From: Setoptus koraiensis
Taxonomy: Eukaryota > Animalia > Arthropoda
Direction of reading: 5' to 3'
DNA: 64,000 nt
Assembly (NCBI GenBank): GCA_048013815.1
Contig: CM106586.1
Span: forward strand, 10,974,001 to 11,038,000
Below are positions 57,601 to 64,000 of this stretch, piece after piece. Each line of letters starts with the position of its first letter. Positions within the stretch are counted from its first letter, which is position 1. The notes under the pieces were generated by a model, which saw nothing but the letters and a program-made list of their open reading frames with translations, made no database searches and was not told the origin of the DNA. The translations under genes and the position numbers were made by a program.

Positions 57601-58120
57601 ATATACAAAAGCTTGTAAGGAAGACGGTGTTAAGCCAATGCAAGCCCCTAGCCAGTTGTACACCGAATTAGAGAAAGCTCAAAAAAGTAAAAGAATTGAT
57701 CTGTCGTATTGTAGAATTCCAAGAGCACAAGTTTTACCATTAATTAGATCGTGGAAAAGAGATGAATTTTACGAGATGAATATATCTGCATCAAATATTT
57801 GTATAGATGACGAGCGCGGAGTTTTATTTTCTGATGTTTTATCTACACTATATAACCTGACTAAATTATCGTTGAGCTGTTGTGGCCTCGACAACAAAGC
57901 GTTCGCAGTGTTGAGCAAATCAAAACTATCCAAGGTCACCGATATTAACATCTCCTACAACGATATTTCCTGTCAAACAGATGATTTTATGCAGAGCTTG
58001 GATGAGCTGTCGAAGAACGCGTCTAACATTCGCACCTTAGATGTCAGATGGAACAACTATGATTTTGACGGATTGAATCATCGTTACGATTTTAAAATCT
58101 TGTTTGATGACCAATTGTGA
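54632..58120 (+). CDS. TONSL: Tonsoku-like protein (TPR, ankyrin, UBL-like, LRR), intronless, 1162 aa
   Basis: N-terminal TPRs, ankyrin NDYGETPLHRACIEG..WRPIHEAANNG..GITPIMDAASNG, and C-terminal LRRs. Confidence 0.93.
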   Translation: MSKTEINKYLRELSKAERDPNKLKECAELCNYIGDLHSESRNYDEAIEYHAKALEYSEKDGDKMAMALANRCLGECYSAISEFKTAEKHVKQYNKIVQNLGKKPEHFIEMQRARTTLARLYLTQAQDLMENDFQETDEFKRALDLAEQSFTKANEMANFLWKNFQKHLPEKEYPEMKARLLLNIALVKDMKGNFEEATQNLKRSIEICEEHKLKEDLYLSQFNLASIYRQHGHKDCMNILEAAIATAKHLRTTKSKLYICDAYIQKGLVLLEKKNFQKDAAMKCFYLAYEEQPKDGTRCDEDLQRSIKLLKLSYMIYINFNKLQTSSTSFDKMGIYEKLGDCFTELKMFGMAITYYEHALERARSCNRPSTEIAAICTSLAESYADNGQYEKAIEYYERELNCWKGNKAEQSTTLVKIAQMKEYMKAPSNSVIDAYENAYNVARDNVASEHHVLKFFVPYLSINDSGGSLHRKYEEILRNCCPMLEENADKEDPSVADDVDLDVVLNLFQDDYYDEEGFQFTKTHGRAKGSKKFKVNDYGETPLHRACIEGDKKAVERLLDNNHPINPKEYSEWRPIHEAANNGRAEIVDILIQRGADINSRGYKGITPIMDAASNGYFTIVELFLKNQANCIMLDDDGNTALDHLMNFYRDNRNKMTNDELADWKQTKQNLEHAMDQAGFDFKNHRVRTEMIGSSTRKRQRIENSNSTTINRHRDLADDPQPNPLKTVIDDLRRTTTTKKQTVPDKPSNAGTSHGAFTLKADIKDWLIDDVSVNKRKKYCRSGLDDDDSEEDEELERDVDMDVVELLDDNINHNQREVTLSDEEDFNVIKEQRNQSKRRRLNSPAFSDDDADLGLSARSGGIADRNSRSSRDPISNYIVTRDDASSVISNSNSTITSASSSGKRPIKIEIESSTMPLQVDPSVKVQWLIDQVTERYMSFLKLTVKPTIELYAENAEDFPLYGKDIVQDVVHGKLKAKIKSWNLLPLVDRYTKACKEDGVKPMQAPSQLYTELEKAQKSKRIDLSYCRIPRAQVLPLIRSWKRDEFYEMNISASNICIDDERGVLFSDVLSTLYNLTKLSLSCCGLDNKAFAVLSKSKLSKVTDINISYNDISCQTDDFMQSLDELSKNASNIRTLDVRWNNYDFDGLNHRYDFKILFDDQL

Positions 58121-58167
58121 TACGTAGATATAATTTTGAAATAAATAACATGTGTTGTATTATCGCC

Positions 58168-58614
58168 TTACAGGCCCGGTCTATCTATAGTATCGTTTTC
58201 CATGTCTCTGAATTTCTTTCGCAAGTCCCTGCCCCTGTTTTGGTACCATCTATGTCTGGGTGTGTAGGTCAACACTTGCAATTGTTCCATGTTGGGCGCC
58301 TCAGTAACCATGTTGTAAGACCTATTAATAACCTCGGACTTGAGCAATGAGTCGTCACTCGCAACTGGACTAGGGAAAGGCAATGTGTTTTCATATGGAT
58401 GGTTCATCATATTGTCGGGATGATGGGCAATGAAGTAGGATTCATCCTGGCTGAGCCTGATGTGACGCTCCTTTCGGGCACTGATATCACCGGGGGCCAA
58501 GTGTCCATTATTACTGCTGCCGTAAACCCTGACCGAGTCGCTCTTGAATCGAACTGCAAATGTTGCTCTGAGATTTCTCCTTAATAAATTATATAGAATT
58601 TTGGCTGGCACCAT
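58168..58614 (-). CDS. MRPL42: mitochondrial ribosomal protein L42
   Basis: YFIAHHP..HPYENTLPFP..PNMEQLQVLTYTPRHRWY resembles the MRPL42 motif VCYHPSVDIPYEHTKP..PMIEQLSKMFFTTKHRWY. Confidence 0.88.
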   Translation of the reverse strand: MVPAKILYNLLRRNLRATFAVRFKSDSVRVYGSSNNGHLAPGDISARKERHIRLSQDESYFIAHHPDNMMNHPYENTLPFPSPVASDDSLLKSEVINRSYNMVTEAPNMEQLQVLTYTPRHRWYQNRGRDLRKKFRDMENDTIDRPGL

Positions 58615-58899
58615 GCTGGCTTCAAAGAAGAATCAATGATTGGAGATGAAAGTGATGAAGAATTAAGTGAGATATTCGCACGGGCGACAAATTTGTTTGA
58701 GAATCCGATCTCTTTAGACTCATATACTGTGTGCGTTTTTTCCAATGGCTTTTCTCTCATTTTCTTTTTTTCTCCGCCAGAGGTGCAGCGGGCGCTCAGG
58801 AGAGCACAGCCGAGGGTAAAGTGTATCGATAAATGTTTCAACTGGTTGACGTTACTCAGCAGATAGCTAGCAAACAACTAGAGGCGCTGCGATCTCTGC

Positions 58900-61800
58900 A
58901 CTCACTACTCTGACGGCAGTTCATTAGTGTGCGGGCAGTAAGGGCAATAGCGGCAATAAGGGCAATAGTAGTGGCAATAGTGGCAGTGAGGGAGTGAACG
59001 GGAGGACATGGGAGATAATGGGAGACAATGGGAGCGGTGTTCCGGCAGCCTGTCCCGCGGCCCCTGTCCCCACCATTCTGTCGCACCATACTAGAGTGTG
59101 GCTAGCGAGAAATACCAGAGAAAGGGCCTGTTTTAAAATGAAACGCCTTCCGGAAACGGGTGCTCTGGTTGTCAACAAAACTACGCTGATGCAACACTGA
59201 TGCATTCGGGCGGGCGGGCGGCGTATGGGCCCGTTATTGGGCGCCGTTGTTGTGCCTTTGTTTCGTTGCATCATTTTGTGGGGCGAAAATCAAATAACGG
59301 CCATTACTGGTATTGGTGAGCAGCATCAACTGAGAGAGCGCTCAATGGAAACAGAGACAACGACAAAGAGGAACAGGAAGCAGAGACATTGTTGCACCTA
59401 TTGCACACGCCGATGATGAGGAAGCATCCTCCTCCCCCGCAATTGGACCGGCTACCCGGCTGCCGTGGCTGTCCCATTGGCGGCCCATTGATGGTGGCCG
59501 GCACACCAACGGGTAGCGCCAATCATTGCTAATCCATCATGCTGGCAACTGAGTTTTTATTTTCATTTTTCAGCTTCAAAAAACTCTCCGTCCGTGCAAC
59601 ATAATCGATTTTACGATGATCCACACATCGCATATCGCACATCCACTGGCGCAATAGTCGGTAACACTGATGATGCCTCCATTTGAAGCGCGCGTGTGTC
59701 GTCGTCGATTGGATGATGGTCGATAGTGGCCAGCGCCGGACAATTGTCATCGCCATATCAAGTTGTCAAAGTCGCGCTGCCGGTGCCATCATCATCACGA
59801 ACCGGGCAGCAGACGTCACGACGACGACTGTGAGCTTCTGTGCCTTTCGGCCAATATCACCAAGTGGTCAGTTGGATGCAGTGCAATCAGTGCTGGTCAG
59901 CGGCGCAAGACATTGAGCGACATTGGGCGCCATTGAGCAACATTGGGCGGCATCGAGAGACATAGAGCGACATTGAGAGACATTGAGAGCAAGAGAAAAA
60001 GTAAACAACAACAACAGGAACCAATCAAGTCGAACATGGTCATTTCCTGTGGCCATTATTCGCGTGTGCGCGTGTGTGTGTGTGCATATTATATCATCAT
60101 AAGTCGTTGTTATGGCAAAACCGTTATTGGCTGCATCTGCTTATTGCAGCCACTTACTTGGCTCCTCTTCTTCTTATTATTTCGCTCGCTCTCAATACTT
60201 GTTCGCGAATCGCGACACAAACGGTGCCCATATGTGTGTCGCTGTGGTGCCAGTGGTACTCGGCAATGCCACTGCAATAGTGCAATGTTGCAGAAATTCA
60301 ATTCCAATAAATTTCCTCTAGCCAGAGGTGCTTATTGGCCGACAATGGGCACGGGATTTAATCACGAGAGCGCACCATTCATTCATTATGTGGCCCCTTA
60401 TCATTTTTTCTCCTCTCGCTGTCTCACTGCGCGCCGCTTTTTTGCTGGCCAACTTTTGCTCGGTCCTGTCCGCTGACCACTCGCACTCTGTCCTGTCCGC
60501 TGTCCACTGTCCGTTTGAGCTACCCGAGCAACGCGCCTCAGCTCTCTAACCTACACACTCGGTCGCAGAGCAGAGCCCAAAAGCGAGTTGCAGAGCAGAA
60601 ATGGCTCCGAAATGGCACTGCGTGGGTGTGGGACCGACCACTCGTTAGTTATAAGTTAGTGCCACCGTACACTGGCTGGCTGACCTGATTTATATGTTGG
60701 CCATAATTCATTTGCATATAGATGATAATAATTGGAGCCACACACACACACACAAACACACTGCACACGGCAAAACTGTTTCGAGTGGCGTTGCTTTAAA
60801 TAGCTCTGGCTGTGTTTATGTTTCTCATGACTTCATAAAAGCCGCTGCCCAGTTCAATAAAACTATAACAACCACCTCACCAATAAACAAGACGACTATT
60901 AAATTTAATGCCGCTTCGACAATACTGATAACCATATAAATCATCGCCACAGTGCACAGTGTGCTGCGTTTGATTAATCTCGGCCATTAACCAAATCGAT
61001 TGATTGTTTTTGTACACAACGATATTGACGTGCATGATTGGCGTCGGCATGTCCATCTCGCTATAACTTGGTCGCTACTCGGTAATTACATTGAAACCGC
61101 ACCGACGATTACATGATTACAAACTAAACTAACGCTGTGTGTGTGTGTGTGTGTGTGTGTCGAAGACACAAAAAAGGCACATTGTGCTGCTGGCCAGTTG
61201 ATTTCGGTTATCAGTTCAGTGTTATGTCACTGCTGTATCAGTTTTGGCGCCGCTGCCAGTGCCAGTGCCATGTATATATATATATATTTATATATGATAT
61301 ATATTTGTGATATATAGAGTAAACTTATGCAAATAAATGAATATTCTGTCTGGAAATAAAACAAGCACAAGCCGCTGCTTCTTGTATGTGTCGCCGTCGG
61401 GCCCCATTCGGTCGGTGGCGCGCACTGAGCTGCGTTGTCACTGACACGAGGCGTGTGGTCAGCACGCGCAAAATACTCAGTGGCTCGTGCCACTGTAAAA
61501 CACTAGTGCTAACAGAGGCTACAACATACACAGGCCGTGTGTGTAAAAAAGACCAATAGTCGCCTGAGCGATTATCATCATTATATCTGATCATCGTGCA
61601 CCACTGCTGTGTGTGTGTGTACGTACGCCAACGCTCACCACTGGCCACCAATGAAAATCATTCATTAAATGATGACCGGAAGTCGAAGCAAGCACATCAA
61701 ACGGGGCTGGCAGGGGTAGAGTTTGTGTTTGCTTGCCACAATTGCCACTATCACTATCCAATGGTCATTGGCTACCTATTCTATGGTAGTGGCGCCGTTT

Positions 61801-64000
61801 GGTGACATGCATGCGACCATGTTGTTGTTGTTGTTGTCCACTGACTGCATCATGGGACGCGCTCATCATCTCTGGCACAACCATATACCGTTATATCAAT
61901 TCAACTGACGTTGCAACTGTCCAATGACAACAATATATGCACAACAGCTGGCCAGCAACAACAACCACAGTTGGCGGAGTCAAGGCTTGTGTGTTTGTGC
62001 ATAATCTGGACAATCGCACGACCACAAATAATGGTAAATTGTTGCGAATCGATTGCTAACCACCACTATCACCATCACATATACCGTTATATATATATGT
62101 TATATGCGCTCAATAACGAGTATAATAGATTTATAATAAATGAATCAACTTGCATCAGCAGCTGATTTTGCAGCTGATTCTAGTTGTGTCGTTGGCACCA
62201 GCACCACTAATGACCAGTGCATGACCACAACCGCAATCATTTTTTTAGCTCACTGCATTTGTGTGTATATGTGCATATCCGACTGTGTCCGATACACGCA
62301 ACGATGATGTGATTGGGCTATCGGGGGTAAAAATGGCCGCTAAAAATACGACCTATAATGAGCATGTGAATAATGGTAATTGATTGAACGCGCGCAAACG
62401 TGTTGTCTCTAGGATAAGCCATCGATTGATTGATTCTTTGAAACGCCTATAAGCAATGCTGATGAGCGGCGCTGACTAGCCAAGCAGTGGTCAATGTGAA
62501 GCTTATTATAGGTTGAAAAATACATAACTAGTGTGGTTGCGTAACAAACTTGTTGCTTGAGCAAATACTATCGCGCTGCCACTGCTTGTTTGCGCCCTCT
62601 TACTTAGGTATGAGCCCGCAAACATCCAGCTGCCGGATAATAAAAACTGTTCACTTGGTCGTGGTTTTAATTTAATTAACTGAAGTAGCAATAATCGTTT
62701 ATAATTTCAATCATTAATGATTATTAATTTTGTGTGCATGTGTGGATGCAAATATTCTCTCACTCGCTCAGTGTGAGAGAACATTTGCAGAGAGAATCCC
62801 CCGTCTCATAACAAGTTTAATTTAATGCTTTCTATCAAGTCAATTTGAATATGCCCAGGCAACAACTTGATTTATGGTGAGATAGGCCAAAATCGAGTGT
62901 GTGAGTTGTGAGCCTCGGCAACAACTCATTCTCAGCCTGACCATTTTGACAAATCTCTCTTCACGCTTGCTCTATAGACATTGCTGACCAGCTACAAAGA
63001 TTAGATCATTGCGATTGGCCTAATCATCATAATGAATTGCCACTAAACAAATGAAGCAAGTTAACATTCTCACACTCAACTCAATTCTAGCACACAACAA
63101 CGGTGCGCTGTTTAACAACGGCAACAATTCAACTGGCTTCAATCGGTCGAAGCTGGCAAAAGAAACGATTCTTTGATTAATTTAATCAATAGAATAAGAA
63201 AAGATATTTAACTTATGAAACTGCAACCTGCGAATTTGCACACTTGCCACATCGGGTCTAAATATCAGCTAATAACAACAACAACAACAACAAATCAGCT
63301 CTAAATGCAACAAGCCAGCCGGCCCTAGAGATATCTCAATTATACAAAAAATGACCTTTTTTCACCTGTGCCAGTTTCTTGTTTATTTCATTATGACGCA
63401 ATCAATGAAAATTGTTGATTAAACTGGCGGTAGTTTAATGATGAAGCCGTTCCAATGATGAATGGTCTTTCGCTTCTCCTCTTTTGCTCCCTTTTGGCTT
63501 CTCCGAAACAGAAGAACAAATTAGACAGATTCCCTCTTTATATATCTTCGGCAATATCTATCATATCCTCTCAGTTTAGATACCCACGTTATCACACCTG
63601 TATGCTTGTGTGAATGAGTGTACTGCAAGGCGGCAATTCTCACACAATCGAGCAGCAGCAGTAGTGATTCATTGTCGGCAGAAATGTTGATCAATGCGCT
63701 CAGTTGCTTTTCACAGATTGCGTGAATACAATTCAATTGTTGCAGCAGAACAAGTGGTCATCACGATTATCCATTATGAATGTTTTGTGATATGAATATC
63801 TCCACATAGTAGGCAGTTGGAATTGCTTAATTAACTTTAGCGCATTATTACGACGGTTACGACTAACATTATGATATCATACTGATGGCGTTTCATCTTT
63901 TGACGCTTGATAGCCAAACCACGATCATTGCCCGTCATGTTGGTAGATCTGGAAGATAAAAGGAAACGGCTTCATTTGTGAGTGTGTGCGTTTGTATACT
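58900..64000. other. non-coding region with microsatellites, including (GT)12 at 61136-61160
   Basis: No ORF with a recognisable domain; frequent CAA, GT and AT repeats. Confidence 0.65.

Noticed and set aside
58636-58866. 76-aa ORF with a CFNWLT segment reminiscent of TBC domains
   Set aside because: The similarity is too short and ambiguous.
63259-63270. TAAATATCAGCT resembling the miR-283 5' end
   Set aside because: Only 12 nt match, the rest diverges into a CAA repeat, and there is no evident hairpin.
1-64000. Autonomous transposons, tRNA or rRNA genes
   Set aside because: No transposase, RT or integrase motifs, and no cloverleaf or rRNA signatures were seen.

Overview
Eukaryotic arthropod DNA, most likely a mite with a very compact genome (eriophyoid-like; inferred from gene content and intron poverty, not proven). 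There are three domains. (1) 1-~28.4 kb is GC- and CpG-rich, with no recognisable protein-coding exon. It is packed with CAA/TTG and GT microsatellites and short imperfect tandem repeats, many of which carry transcription-factor-like motifs (TTAYGTAA, RCAGGTG, CAGCTG). (2) ~28.4-58.6 kb is AT-richer and gene-dense. Its left part (28.4-34.1 kb) is a belt of deletion-riddled remnants of housekeeping genes (NAT10, TSR3, LMBRD2, UBE4A, plus a 31-bp MRPL42 scrap) around an intact-looking first exon of expansion/rebuf. Next is a ~660-bp diverged palindrome serving as the shared leader of head-to-head DCTN5 and TAF3, with a 134-bp TIR-bearing, intron-like insertion in one arm. Then come intact intronless genes (TAF3 with two PHD fingers, MRPS18C, RIOK2, BLOC1S5, a Loqs/TRBP-like dsRNA-binding protein, TONSL, MRPL42), an internally deleted USO1, and four intron-containing secreted-protein genes (a helical orphan, a cathepsin L homologue lacking the catalytic Cys, a small cuticle-type protein, and an orphan with a GKR motif). 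(3) 58.9-64 kb is non-coding. No transposase, tRNA, rRNA or CRISPR array was recognised. All family assignments come from remembered motifs, not database searches.
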